From positions 13,897,045-13,961,044 of the forward strand of contig NC_092680.1 of NCBI RefSeq assembly GCF_964355755.1: a DNA stretch of 64,000 bases, given 5' to 3'. Below the pieces are notes generated by a model. That model saw only the letters and a list, made by a program, of their open reading frames with translations, ran no database searches and had not been told where the DNA came from. Within the stretch, counting starts at the first letter, position 1. Every line of letters starts with the position of its first letter. Below are positions 12,801-27,281 of this stretch, one piece after another. A program made the translations under genes and the position numbers. Origin of the DNA: Antedon mediterranea (taxonomy: Eukaryota > Animalia > Echinodermata).

Positions 12801-15800
12801 ATTGTTTACTACTTGTGGCAAGAGCATCTTGATTGTTTACTACTTGTAGCAAGAGCATCTTGATTCTTTACTTCTTGTGGCAAGAGCATCTTGATTGTTT
12901 ACTACTTGTAGCAAGAGCATCTTGATTCTTTACTTCTTGTGACAAAAGCACCTTGATTGTTTACTACTTTTGGCAAGAGCATCTTGATTGTTTACTACTT
13001 GTGGCAAGATCACCTTGATTGTTTAATACTTGTGGCAAGAGAATCTTGATTGTTTACTACTTGTGGCAAGAGCATCTTGATTGTTTACTACTTGTGGCAT
13101 GAGCACCTTGATTGTTTACTACTTGTGGCAAGATCACCTTGATTGTTTACTACTTGTGGCAAGAGCATCTTGATTGTTTACTACTTGTGGCAAGATCACC
13201 TTGATTGTTTACTACTTGTGGCAAGAGCATCTTGATTGTTTACTACTTGTGGCAAGAGCATCTTGATTGTTTACTACTTGTGGCATTAGCATCTTGATTG
13301 TTTACTACTTGTGGCAAGATCACCTTGATTGTTTACTACTTGTGGCAAGAGCATCTTGATTGTTTACTACTTGTGACAGTAGGATCTTGATTGTTTACTA
13401 CTTGTGGCGAGAGCATCTTAATTGTTTACTACTTGTGGCAAGAGCATCTTGATTGTTTACTGCTTGTGGCAAGATCACCTTGATTATTTACTACTTGTGG
13501 CAAGAGCATCTTGATTGTTTACTACTTGTGGCAAGAGCACATTGATTTTTTACTACTTGTGGCAAGAGCACCTTGATTGTTTACTAGTTGTGGCAAGAGA
13601 ACCTTGATTGTTTACTAGTTGTGGCAAGAGCACTTTCATTGTTTACTTCTTGTGGCAAGAGCACCTTCATTGTTTACTACTTGTGGCAAGAGCATCTTGA
13701 TTGTTTACTTCTTGCAACAAGGGCATCTTGATTGTTTACTACTTGTGGCAAGAGCATCTTGATTGTTTACTACTTGTTGCAAGACCACCTTGATTGTTTA
13801 CTACTTGTGACAAGAGCACCTTGATTGTTTACTACTTGTGGCAAGAGCATCTTGATTGTTTACTACTTGGGGCAATAGCACCTTGATTGTTTACTACTTG
13901 TGGCAAGAGCACCTTGATTGTTTACTACTTGTGGCAATAGCATCTTGATTGTTTACTACTTGTGGCAAGATCACCTTGATTGTTTACTACTTGTGGCAAG
14001 AGCATCTTGATTGTTTACTACTTGTGACAGTAGCATCTTGATTGTTTACTACTTGTGGCGAGAGCATCTTAATTGTTTACTACTTGTGGCAAGAGCATCT
14101 TGATTGTTTACTACTTGTGGCAAGATTACCTTGATTGTTTACTACTTGTGGCAAGAGCATCTTGATTGTTTACTACTTGTAGCAAGAGCATCTTGATTTT
14201 TTACTACTTGTGGCAAGAGCACCTTGATTGTTTACTACTTGTGGCAAGAGCACCTTGATTGTTTACTACTCTTGGCAAGAGAACCTTGATTGTTTACTAG
14301 TTGTGGTAAGAGCACTTTCATTGTTTACTTCTTGTGGCAAGAACACCTTCATTGTTTACTACTTGTGGCAAGAGCATCTTGATTGTTTACTACTTGCAAC
14401 AAGAGCATCTTGATTGTTTACTACTTGTGGCAAGAACATCTTGATTGTTTACTACTTGTGGCAAGACCACCTTGATTGTTTACTACTTGTGACAAGAGCA
14501 CCTTGATTGTTTACTACTTGTGGCAAGAGCACCTTGATTGTTTACTACTTGTGGCAATAGCACCTTGATTGCTTACTACTTGTTGCAAGAGCACCGTGAT
14601 TGTTTACTACTTGTGGCAAGAGCATCTTGATTGTTTACTACTTGTGGCAAGAGCATCTTGATTGTTTACTACTTGTGGCAATAGCACCTTGATTGCTTAC
14701 TACTTGTGGCAAGAGCACCTTTATTATTTACTATGTGTGGCAAGATCACCTTGATTGTTTACTACTTGTGGCAAGAGCATCTTGATTGTTTACAACTTGT
14801 GGCAAGAGCATCTTGATTGTTTACTACTTGTGGCAAGAGCACCTTGATTGTTTACTACTTGTGGCAAGATCACCTTGATTGTTTACTACTTGTGGCAAGA
14901 GCATCTTGATTGTTTACTAGTTGTGACAAGAGCACCTTGATTGTTTACTACTTGTGGCAATAGCATCTTGATTGTTTACTACTTGTGACAAAAGCACCTT
15001 GATTGTTTACTAGTTGTGGCAAGAGCATCTTGATTGTTTACTACTTTTGGCAAGAGCATCTTGATTGTTTACTACTTGTGGCAAGAGCACCTTGATTGTT
15101 TACTACTTGTGGCAAGATCACCTTGATTGTTTACTACTTGTGGCAAGAGCATCTTGATTGTTTACTACTTGTGACAGTAGCATCTTGATTGTTTACTACT
15201 TGTGGCGAGAGCATCTTAATTGTTTACTACTTGTGGCAAGATTACCTTGATTGTTTACTACTTGTGGCAAGAGCATCTTGATTGTTTACTACTTGTAGCA
15301 AGAGCATCTTGATTGTTTACTTCTTGTGGCAAGAGCACCTTAATTGTTTACTACTTGTGGCAAGAGCACCTTGTTTGTTTACTACTTGCAGCAAGAGCAT
15401 CTTGATTGTTTACTACTTGTGGCAAGAGCATCTTGATTGTTTACTACTTGTGGCAAGAGCATCTTGATTGTTTACTACTTTTGGCATGAGCACCTTGATT
15501 GTTTACTACTTGTGGCAAGATCACCTTGATTGTTTACTACTTGTGGCAAGAGCATCTTGATTGTTTACTACTTGTGGCAAGAGCATCTTGATTGTTTACT
15601 ACTTGTGGCATTAGCATCTTGATTGTTTACTACTTGTGGCAAGATCACCTTGATTGTTTACTACTTGTGGCAAGAGCATCTTGATTGTTTACTACTTGTG
15701 ACAGTAGGATCTTGATTGTTTACTACTTGTGGCGAGAGCATCTTAATTGTTTACTACTTGTGGCAAGAGCATCTTGATTGTTTACTGCTTGTGGCAAGAT

Positions 15801-18800
15801 CACCTTGATTATTTACTACTTGTGGCAAGAGCATCTTGATTGTTTACTACTTGTGGCAAGAGCACATTGATTGTTTACTACTTGTGGCAAGAGCACCTTG
15901 ATTGTTTACTAGTTGTGGCAAGAGAACCTTGATTGTTTACTAGTTGTGGCAAGAGCACTTTCATTGTTTACTTCTTGTGGCAAGAGCACCTTCATTGTTT
16001 ACTACTTGTGGCAAGAGCATCTTGATTGTTTACTTCTTGCAACAAGGGCATCTTGATTGTTTACTACTTGTGGCAAGAGCATCTTGATTGTTTACTACTT
16101 GTTGCAAGACCACCTTGATTGTTTCTACTTGTGACAAGAGCACCTTGATTGTTTACTACTTGTGGCAAGAGCATCTTGATTGTTTACTACTTGGGGCAAT
16201 AGCACCTTGATTGTTTACTATTTGTGGCAAGAGCACCTTGATTGTTTACTACTTGTGGCAATAGCACCTTGATTGTTTACTACTTGTGGCAAGAGCACCT
16301 TGATTGTTTACTACTTGTGGCAATAGCACCTTGATTGCTTACTACTTGTTGCAAGAGCACCGTGATTGTTTACTACTTGTGGCAAGAGCATCTTGATTGT
16401 TTACTACTTGTGGCAAGAGCATCTTGATTGTTTACTACTTGTGGCAATAGCACCTTGATTGCTTACTACTTGTGGCAAGAGCACCTTGATTGTTTACTAT
16501 TTGTGGCAAGATCACCTTGATTGTTTACTACTTGTGGCAAGATCACCTTGATTGTTTACTACTTGTGGCAAGAGCATCTTGATTGTTTACTACTTGGGGC
16601 AATAGCACCTTGATTGTTTACTACTTGTGGCAAGAGCACCTTGATTGTTTACTACTTGTGGCAATAGCACCTTGATTGTTTACTACTTGTGGCAAGAGCA
16701 CCTTGATTGTTTACTACTTGTGGCAATAGCACCTTGATTGCTTACTACTTGTTGCAAGAGCACCGTGATTGTTTACTACTTGTGGCAAGAGCATCTTGAT
16801 TGTTTACTACTTGTGGCAAGAGCATCTTGATTGTTTACTACTTGTGGCAATAGCACCTTGATTGCTTACTACTTGTGGCAAGAGCACCTTGATTGTTTAC
16901 TATTTGTGGCAAGATCACCTTGATTGTTTACTACTTGTGGCAAGATCACCTTGATTGTTTACTACTTGTGGCAAGAGCATCTTGATTGTTTACTACTTGT
17001 GGCAAGAGCATCTTGATTGTTTACTACTTGTGGCAATAGCATCTTGATTGTTTACTACTTGTGGCAAGATCACCTTGATTGTTTACTACTTGTGGCAAGA
17101 GCATCTTGATTGTTTACTACTTGCGGCAAGATTACCTTGATGGTTTACTACTTGTGGCGAGAGCATCTTAATTGTTTACTACTTGTGGCAAGAGCATCTT
17201 GATTGTTTACTACTTGTGGCAAGATTACCTTGATTGTTTACTACTTGTGGCAAGAGCATCTTGATTGTTTACTACTTGTAGCAAGAGCATCTTGATTTTT
17301 TACTACTTGTGGCAAGAGCACCTTGATTGTTTACTACTTGTGGCAAGAGCACCTTGATTGTTTACTACTTTTGGCAAGAGCACCTTGATTGTTTACTACT
17401 TGTGGCAAGAGCATCTTGATTGTTTACTACTTGGGGCAATAGCACCTTGATTGTTTACTACTTGTGGCAAGAGCACCTTGATTGTTTACTACTTGTGGCA
17501 ATAGCACCTTGATTGTTTACTACTTGTGGCAAGAGCACCTTGATTGTTTACTACTTGTGGCAATAGCACCTTGATTGCTTACTACTTGTTACATTGTTTA
17601 CTACTTGTGGCAAGAGCACCTTGATTGCTTACTACTTGTGGCAAGAGCACCTTTATTATTTACTATTTGTGGCAAGATCACCTTGATTGTTTACTACTTG
17701 TGGCAAGAGCATCTTGATTGTTTACTACTTGTGGCAAGAGCACCTTGATTGTTTACTACTTGTGGCAATAGCACCTTGATTGCTTACTACTTGTTGCAAG
17801 AGCACCGTGATTGTTTACTACTTGTGGCAAGAGCATCTTGATTGTTTACTACTTGTGGCAAGAGCATCTTGATTGTTTACTACTTGTGGCAATAGCACCT
17901 TGATTGCTTACTACTTGTGGCAAGATCACCTTTATTATTTACTATGTGTGGCAAGATCACCTTGATTGTTTACTACTTGTGGCAAGAGCATCTTGATTGT
18001 TTACAACTTGTGGCAAGAGCACCTTGATTGTTTACTACTTGTGGCAAGAGCACCTTGATTGTTTACTACTTGTGGCAAGATCACCTTGATTGTTTACTAC
18101 TTTTGGCAAGAGCATCTTGATTGTTTACTACTTGTGGCAAGAGCACCTTGATTGTGTACTACCTGTAGCAATAGCACCTTGATTGCTTACTACTTGTGGC
18201 AAGAGCACCTTGATTGTTTACTACTTGTGGCAAGAGCACCTTGATTGTTTACTACTTTTGGCAAGAGAACCTTGATTGTTTACTAGTTGTGGCAAGAGCA
18301 CTTTCATTGTTTACTTCTTGTGGCAAGAGCACCTTCATTGTTTACTAATTGTGGCAAGAGCATCTTGATTGTTTACTACTTGCAACAAGAGCATCTTGAT
18401 TGTTTACTACTTGTGGCAAGAGCATCTTGATTGTTTACTACATGTGGCAAGACCACCTTGATTGTTTACTACTTGTGACAAGAGCACCTTGATTGTTTAC
18501 TACTTGTGGCAAGAGCATCTTGATTGTTTACTACTTGGGGCAATAGCACCTTGATTGTTTACTACTTGTGGCAAGAGCACCTTGATTGTTTACTACTTGT
18601 GGCAATAGCACCTTGATTGTTTACTACTTGTGGCAAGAGCACCTTGATTGTTTACTACTTGTGGCAATAGCACCTTGATTGCTTACTACTTGTTACATTG
18701 TTTACTACTTGTGGCAAGAGCATCTTGATTGTTTACTACTTGTGGCAAGAGCATCTTGATTGTTTACTACTTGTGGCAATAGCACCTTGATTGCTTACTA

Positions 18801-21800
18801 CTTGTGGCAAGAGCACCTTGATTGTTTACTATTTGTGGCAAGATCACCTTGATTGTTTACTACTTGTGGCAAGAGCATCTTGATTGTTTACTACTTGTGG
18901 CAAGAGCATCTTGATTGTTTACCACTTGTGGCAATAGCATCTTGATTGTTTACTACTTGTGGCAAGATCACCTTGATTGTGTACTACTTGTGGCAAGAGC
19001 ATCTTGATTGTTTACTACTTGTGACAGTAGCATCTTGATTGTTTACTACTTGTGGCAAGACCACCTTGATTGTTTACTACTTGTGGCAAGAGCATCTTGA
19101 TTGTTTACTACTTGTGGCAAGATCACCTTGATTGTTTAATACTTGTGGCAAGAGAATCTTGATTGTTTACTACTTGTGGCAAGAGCATCTTGATTGTTTA
19201 CTACTTGTGGCATGAGCACCTTGATTGTTTACTACTTGTGGCAAGATCACCTTGATTGTTTACTACTTGTGGCAAGAGCATCTTGATTGTTTACTACTTG
19301 TGGCAAGATCACCTTGATTGTTTACTACTTGTGGCAAGAGCATCTTGATTGTTTACTACTTGTGGCAAGAGCATCTTGATTGTTTACTACTTGTGGCATT
19401 AGCATCTTGATTGTTTACTACTTGTGGCAAGATCACCTTGATTGTTTACTACTTGTGGCAAGAGCATCTTGATTGTTTACTACTTGTGACAGTAGGATCT
19501 TGATTGTTTACTACTTGTGGCGAGAGCATCTTAATTGTTTACTACTTGTGGCAAGAGCATCTTGATTGTTTACTGCTTGTGGCAAGATCACCTTGATTAT
19601 TTACTACTTGTGGCAAGAGCATCTTGATTGTTTACTACTTGTGGCAAGAGCACATTGATTTTTTACTACTTGTGGCAAGAGCACCTTGATTGTTTACTAG
19701 TTGTGGCAAGAGAACCTTGATTGTTTACTAGTTGTGGCAAGAGCACTTTCATTGTTTACTTCTTGTGGCAAGAGCACCTTCATTGTTTACTACTTGTGGC
19801 AAGAGCATCTTGATTGTTTACTACTTGTGGCAATAGCATCTTGATTGTTTACTACTTGTGGCAAGATCACCTTGATTGTTTACTACTTGTGGCAAGAGCA
19901 TCTTGATTGTTTACTACTTGCGGCAAGATTACCTTGATGGTTTACTACTTGTGGCGAGAGCATCTTAATTGTTTACTACTTGTGGCAAGAGCATCTTGAT
20001 TGTTTACTACTTGTGGCAAGATTACCTTGATTGTTTACTACTTGTGGCAAGAGCATCTTGATTGTTTACTACTTGTAGCAAGAGCATCTTGATTTTTTAC
20101 TACTTGTGGCAAGAGCATCTTGATTGTTTACTACTTGTGGCAAGAGCACCTTGATTGTTTACTACTTGTGGCAAGATCACCTTGATTGTTTACTACTTGT
20201 GGCAAGAGCATCTTGATTGTTTACTAGTTGTGACAAGAGCACCTTGATTGTTTACTACTTGTGGCAATAGCATCTTGATTGTTTACTACTTGTGACAAAA
20301 GCACCTTTATTATTTACTATGTGTGGCAAGATCACCTTGATTGTTTACTACTTGTGGCAAGAGCATCTTGATTGTTTACAACTTGTGGCAAGAGCATCTT
20401 GATTGTTTACTACTTGTGGCAAGAGCACCTTGATTGTTTACTACTTGTGGCAAGATCACCTTGATTGTTTACTACTTGTGGCAAGAGCATCTTGATTGTT
20501 TACTAGTTGTGACAAGAGCACCTTGATTGTTTACTACTTGTGGCAATAGCATCTTGATTGTTTACTACTTGTGACAAAAGCACCTTGATTGTTTACTAGT
20601 TGTGGCAAGAGCACCTTGATTGCTTACTACTTGTTGCAAGAGCACCGTGATTGTTTACTACTTGTGGCAAGAGCATCTTGATTGTTTACTACTTGTGGCA
20701 AGAGCATCTTGATTGTTTACTACTTGTGGCAATAGCACCTTGATTGCTTACTACTTGTGGCAAGATCACCTTTATTATTTACTATGTGTGGCAAGATCAC
20801 CTTGATTGTTTACTACTTGTGGCAAGAGCATCTTGATTGTTTACAACTTGTGGCAAGAGCATCTTGATTGTTTACTACTTGTGGCAAGAGCATCTTGATT
20901 GTTTACTACTTGGGGCAATAGCACCTTGATTGTTTACTACTTGTGGCAAGAGCACCTTGATTGTTTACTACTTGTGGCAATAGCACCTTGATTGTTTACT
21001 ACTTGTGGCAAGAGCACCTTGATTGTTTACTACTTGTGGCAATAGCACCTTGATTGCTTACTACTTGTTACATTGTTTACTACTTGTGGCAAGAGCATCT
21101 TGATTGTTTACTACTTGTGGCAAGAGCATCTTGATTGTTTACTACTTGTGGCAATAGCACCTTGATTGCTTACTACTTGTGGCAAGAGCACCTTGATTGT
21201 TTACTATTTGTGGCAAGATCACCTTGATTGTTTACTACTTGTGGCAAGAGCATCTTGATTGTTTACTACTTGTGGCAAGAGCATCTTGATTGTTTACCAC
21301 TTGTGGCAATAGCATCTTGATTGTTTACTACTTGTGGCAAGATCACCTTGATTGTGTACTACTTGTGGCAAGAGCATCTTGATTGTTTACTACTTGTGAC
21401 AGTAGCATCTTGATTGTTTACTACTTGTGGCAAGACCACCTTGATTGTTTACTACTTGTGGCAAGAGCATCTTGATTGTTTACTACTTGTGGCAAGATTA
21501 CCTTGATTGTTTACTACTTGTGGCAAGAGCATCTTGATTGTTTACTAGTTGTGACAAGAGCACCTTGATTGTTTACTACTTGTGGCAATAGCATCTTGAT
21601 TGTTTACTACTTGTGACAAAAGCACCTTGATTGTTTACTAGTTGTGGCAAGAGCATCTTGATTGTTTACTACTTTTGGCAAGAGCATCTTGATTGTTTAC
21701 TACTTGTGGCAAGAGCACCTTGATTGTGTACTACCTGTAGCAATAGCACCTTGATTGCTTACTACTTGTGGCAAGAGCACCTTGATTGTTTACTACTTTT

Positions 21801-21842
21801 TGCAAGAGCATCTTGATTGTTTAATAATTGTGACAGCAGCAT
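9812..21842. repeat. 31-bp satellite array (CAAGAGCAYCTTGATTGTTTACTACTTGTGG)n, ~388 copies, with higher-order block structure
   Basis: Continuous 31-bp periodicity over ~12 kb. Recurrent ordered variant blocks; 19-bp truncated units at ~17585, ~18690 and ~21065. Confidence 0.98.
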
Positions 21843-22539
21843 ATCTTTAGCTTGACAATAGTCATTAACAAGATGTCTCCTGACAAAGTGACCAGAAAAT
21901 GATGAATATTATGTGTTTGTTTGGCATGCATTTCAGGTTGCTGTTTTTTATTCAAGGGAGGTGTTTTGGGGATGTAAAATGGCATATAAACTCAAATAAA
22001 TGAACCTCAATATGAAAACAAATAAAATAGATTACCAGAAATAGAAATATGTTATTGTGTGTGTTTAATATTCCAATTGTATTATAAACTGGCACTTTCA
22101 ATGTTGCCCAGTTACTATCGGACTTTTGACAGCGAGGTGGAAATCCGGCATCTACAGTTTTTGGGGAATTAGTAAGTAGGCCCTAGTATTGAGCACATAT
22201 CATTTTCCAATCTGTTTTTAAAAAGTCGATAAAGCACGGAAGTAAGTGGCATTCAATGGAATTTTGCACCAAATTTTGTGACATTTGAATACTGTGTAGT
22301 TGTTTGTTTACATGATAAATCAGTCAAACATGCAACAATAGATTGCAGTTTCTTTGGTTATTTAGGGGAATACCCCTGGGCTACGTCATTTGAAGGTCTC
22401 GTGTTACGTTTAAACCGTGGGAAGTGGCTAATGTTCCAATTTTATACCTCCATTTGAAAAAATTATAAAATACTGTTTCTCAATAACAACAAATAATGTT
22501 TAAATAAAAGCTATACAGTGCCAGATTGTTTGTATCGGC

Positions 22540-23039
22540 GGAACAGGACTTTTTCTTTTTCACTATTCGCTGGTATTAAATCTTGTTCTTCTTTTTGATG
22601 AATTTCTTATTTAAAATTAAAACAATTTGAAAAATAAACACAACACTGTTATTTTTGTTCTTTACGCTCGGCTGGTCACGACTGTTCGAATCGTATATTG
22701 AACGAATAGGCTTATTCAAAAAGAGATTAATTTATAAATTGTAATACAATAATAATAGTAATACGGTAATTTATTGTTCTTATTAATAAAAACCGTTTCT
22801 GTACTAAATAAGAGGCCCCAAAATGTAGAATGAACGAGTCCATTAAAATAGTTTGTCATTTCCGGGTTCGTCAGGTCATTTTGAAGAAAACAATTATTTT
22901 CGTTCACATTCATGTGTGGCTGTCTAGGTGGTTGTAGTAAGTCTTCGGCTCAGCGGAAGACAATACTATCCGGAGAATTAAGAATACTTACGAAGAAATA
23001 ATTTATTTGTTAAGGTGTAAGCTAATAACATTTGGAATT
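22540..23039 (+). promoter_or_regulatory. Putative promoter/5' UTR of the STAP-like gene
   Basis: Locally CpG-enriched unique sequence directly upstream of the first ATG; ETS-like ATTTCCGGG at ~22858; in-frame stop at 22938-22940. TSS not determinable. Confidence 0.4.
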
Positions 23040-23120
23040 ATGGCCCAAGGAAGTAGCTACATGAGCGCAGCATACCGTTATCACGAAGGCTTTTTAGAGA
23101 AGAGAGGGCCTAAAGATAAG
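23040..23120 (+). CDS. STAP1: STAP-family adaptor, coding exon 1 (MAQGSSYMSAAYRYHEGFLEKRGPKDK), PH beta1
   Basis: ATG to AAG|GTAAGT, 81 nt. YHEGFLEKRGPKD resembles vertebrate STAP2 YYESFLEKKGPCD and STAP1 YFEGFL (recalled). Probably a co-ortholog of STAP1/STAP2. Confidence 0.88.
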
Positions 23121-23539
23121 GTAAGTCTCTGCTCAAACAACAAGATGGACGTTAAGGAGGTTTTTTAAAGATTGATTTTCATTCTATTCTGTTATTAAGA
23201 CATGGCATCACTGATTATTAGCAGGCCTAGGACACACACCATTCCATGCCTGATGATCAGCGAGATCAGAGTGGGAGTACCAAGGGAACACTACTAGTAC
23301 TACGACCGACCCCACCCATCCATCAGCATCTATACATTCTAAATTTAGAATGGAAATTGGTCTGGCGATTAACATGATAAGTGATGACCACTGATGCTGG
23401 TGTACAGTCATAGATTATGAATTTGAAGGGAAAATTTACAGGTATCAATCAATAAATACAAAAGTAAAATATTTTCGCATCTTGACAACTACTCGGCAAT
23501 GTTAGCTCACCCATCCATGCGGATTGCAGCCTCTCTTAA

Positions 23540-24124
23540 AGACCCCTTCTCTATGTTTTTTAGATCTAATTTAAGATCAAAAACTATATTTAATCTAAAA
23601 ATAATACTATATGGTCCTATTGCGATAACTGTTTTCGTCTTTAAACTGTTAAAAATGTGAAAAAGTCGATTCTAATAATTATAGCGGCCCGCTATAAATC
23701 CCAAAATGCATTGCGCGCGGATTGATATTTTTGTTTTTCTTCTGTAATTCACTCACTTTTCGATCGATCGCGAGACCAAAACTAACTTTTTAGCGAAAAA
23801 ATACCGGGTTTAAAAATAAATAGAAAGACAATTGATGCAGCAACTATACAACGTCAGGCTAGGTATATAGCTAGCGTACGATGTTCGTACGTTACCGATG
23901 TTTACCAGCTAGGCCTACAAAACTAAGCCTAGCTAGCTAGGTTAGGCCTAAAGACCGTCCACGAGAGGTCATCGCCGCGAGCTACTTAGGTAGTGCGTTG
24001 TTTCTCATTTTTTATCATAATTTATTATAAAACGTACATTTAAGACAAGGAATGACCTGGTTTAATGTTTTTAAAGTAATATATTATTTTTACAAAACGT
24101 CACAAATTTTAGGGAAGGGGGTCT
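23540..24124. mobile_element. Non-autonomous TIR element, Kolobok-like
   Basis: TTAA|AGACCCCTTCTCTA ... TAGGGAAGGGGGTCT imperfect TIR; right-hand TTAA is not intact. Confidence 0.5.
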
Positions 24125-24894
24125 TTTTAGGCTGGCTAGGCCTGATTTACTGTTCAATTTTCCGTTTTAATTTTCCGTTTCTCTAATATACAAAATCGTT
24201 TTATTCTTTGTATACACATTTTATTCTGTTAAGTTATTTAATAATATAACTTGCATTATTTGTAAATGTTGTAGAATATTTATATAAGTTTATCTTTGCT
24301 TTGTATCAAATACTAAAAATACTTTGCACAATTTGAAATTTACTGTGCGATTTTAATCCAATCAAAAAGTATTTTAATACAAATTTCTGAAATCATTAAA
24401 AATGCCCATAACATTAATATTATTTAGCTTAAACAGTATGCATCCGAGCATTGGCAATATTTGTTTTTAATTTTAAAACTTATTTCTTCCCCCTTTTTTT
24501 TTATTATATGGTTGATTAAAATTACTGTGAAGCTAAGTACAGTAAGTTATGAACAATGTATAATTTCTCACTGCTATACTAATTGTCTATGTCTTTGTAA
24601 TTCTGATTAAAATGTACATTCCAAATTGATTTTAGCTCCCATGGGTCTATATTGACTTATAGAACCAGTTATTCAATTTTGTCTTTTAGTAATCATAGAG
24701 ATTAATCAATAGGCAACCGTAAGCATAATGCATACAATTTGATATTTGGTCAGTATTATGTAATCGGGTTTAATTATTTATACACATATATGGCTGCTAT
24801 TTATAATTAAGCATTGTTGTTGATAGGCCTACAGTATGTATGTTACACGCAATTTGAAATTTCAAATTCACAATTGCAAATTAACATACTATAA

Positions 24895-25180
24895 TAATTA
24901 TACAAATAAAGAATGTTTATGAGTGTAATTAATGGTACAAATAATGTCATTTGATGAATGATGAAAGGTTAAATATATATAAAGTAACCTTTCATCTCAC
25001 ATGAGGTGAAAGAAAGGTTATATATCAATGAGGCGAAGCCAAGTTGATATTTTAACCTTTCATCAAATGCCATTATTTGTACCATTACACGAATATAAAA
25101 CATTCATTATATGTTTTATATAACATCTAAATAGATTCCTGTCAACAAAGCCTACAGTACATTTGATTCACATTGATTAA
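24895..25180. mobile_element. Palindromic non-autonomous repeat (Crypton-like), uninterrupted copy
   Basis: Arms AATGGTACAAATAATG..ATGAAAGGTTA / TAACCTTTCATC..CATTATTTGTACCATT around GAGGCGAAGCC. Second copy at 35420-35524 plus 37181-37290. Superfamily is inferred. Confidence 0.55.
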
Positions 25181-25491
25181 AACTATTATTATACGATCGC
25201 TTAATAGTGTGTACTATTGCACGCCATGTGACCCACATTCAAATGTTCTATTTAATATTAATTTAAGAAATAATGAACTATTATCCATTTTAGAGTAACA
25301 CTCAGTAGGCCTACAGTAGTACACATTTAGTGTAGTATAAAAAATGGGTGCATATTTATACTGTAGAAATCAGTGAGTGTCAATATGTTATCCAGCTTGT
25401 CAAGCTTGTCACTTTAGTTGAAGTATTATAACAGTGCATTTCAAATATTTGAGTTTATGGTTTATGTTGATTGAAATTGATTGAAATATAT

Positions 25492-25730
25492 ATTTATACT
25501 GGGTAACCTCTTCAGTCAATGACTGGTCTCCCAGAGGGCCCAGTTGGTGATCAGTGGCTGTGATGTACTAATACACCGGGGTAACCCTCTACTCGTCTCG
25601 AAAGATGTACTAGGTTCTTTAAAGTGCACACGAGCTAGATGTGTACACTGGACCTACGGTTTATAGTCCTTATCCATGTTATGGCTAGGTAATTGCGGTT
25701 CCACTGTGTTAACCGCTCGGCCACTCACTC
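25492..25730 (-). mobile_element. tRNA-derived SINE family 2 (Deu/Nin-like domain), internally deleted copy
   Basis: Reverse complement of 44770-45070 but lacking the B-box segment. Confidence 0.8.
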
Positions 25731-27281
25731 ACTCGTACAATTTAGTAAAATGCATTGGGAAATTACCTTAATTGTTCATATCCTACTGACCAACTATGCG
25801 AAAAAGGGTCAGGTACGTATCTGAATCAAGACAAAAACCTTAGGTTGGGTGCGAAAAAAGTTACGTAGATATTTAATTTTTAAAACATTTTTTTTACTGG
25901 ACAGCTGTCAGCATTGAGCTATTTGCATAATTAGAATAAACAAAATGGCCGCTATTTTCATACAAACATGATATATCTCTGGATTTACTGGACATATTGA
26001 GTTAATGTTGGTGTCAAATTGTTCACAATGTATATCTGTTTATATTAGCTCTAACAGAATTTTTTTTTTTAATTAATACCAGAACCCACATTTTTAGCAA
26101 TTTTGACCTATTTCCGCCATATCTATTCTAATTAACGGCAGGTGGGAGGGAATTAAAACTAGGTGCAAATTGTTCCTAAGGTACAGTATATATTATATTC
26201 ACTCTAAAAGATCTTGCTTGAAAATGACCAGAAGTGTGGTTATTGACCTTTGACATAAATTATTAAATTTATTCTATATATTGATAATATAAATCAATAA
26301 ATAATTAATATTTGTCGTAGGGAGCCAATTTTGGTGTCAAATTGTTCGCAACATATATGTTTATACTTGTCATAATGCAACATGCATTTTTTGTGTATAG
26401 TAACATTTGACCCGCTTTTGTCATCTAAATAACGACAGGGCGTAGAGTAGGCGCACATTGTTTATAATAATAGATATACAGTACACTTATATTCACTCTA
26501 ATGGATTGTAACAAAAAAATAACATGTGATTATTTATGTTTTCTATGGGCCATAGCGGCTCTTTAATGAAAATAGGTCAAACATTTGGTCCCAATAGGCT
26601 GGCCCATACAGGAAAAAGATGCCTTAACACACAGGATTCTAAAATAACCCAAATGAACCTTTTGGGATCTCTATATGGTGAGCTACATAAGGCCCTTCCT
26701 GGGACTATTAGGAATCAATATGGGGTACAGTTCATAGATTGAACTACAGTATATTGCAATAAAACTAAATGTGAACCCTTGATCTTTAAAGAATATGTTA
26801 AATGGATTTGCCCAAATGAACCCAAGGGCCAATCCGTCATGGACCTTTCATGGAACAGTTTCCCGTTTGCCGGGAACTAATACAAATATTGTGCCTTCTC
26901 TGTAGTGTCCATAATATTTTTTAATAAAAAGTGCCTCGTGTCTCGAAGTGGCTGCTACACCTCCCTGTCTGGTTTGTATACAACTGACCCCTTCCCCCCT
27001 CCCCTCTCAAGAAAATGTAACAAAGAGAATGCCTACAAAGTATTTTTTCAATGAATTTAAGGTTTCAGTTTTGCGTTTTTGTACTCAATTTAACCATGGA
27101 TTTATAAGTCCATGGATACAAGAGTGATGTTCTGTACATATGGTATCTGGTATTTAAAAGTTTTAGTATTAATCACATACTAACTATGAATTGTGAATAC
27201 ATTTTAATTTATAATTTAATCACAATAATTATCTTGTTTTGATCGAAACACTCTATTGTCATATGAGCTGTTTTGGTTTCT

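Noticed and set aside
10105-15467. 61-aa Cys/Leu-rich ORFs in the 31-bp array
   Set aside because: By-products of satellite periodicity where variants remove stops; non-ATG starts.
22716-22913. Divergent minus-strand gene at the STAP promoter
   Set aside because: 65-aa ORF with a low-complexity tail, no motif, and no supporting downstream exons found.
26545-26875. EnSpm/CMC-like element end (TTTGCCGGG)
   Set aside because: Only one plausible terminus and no matching TIR found, so not called.
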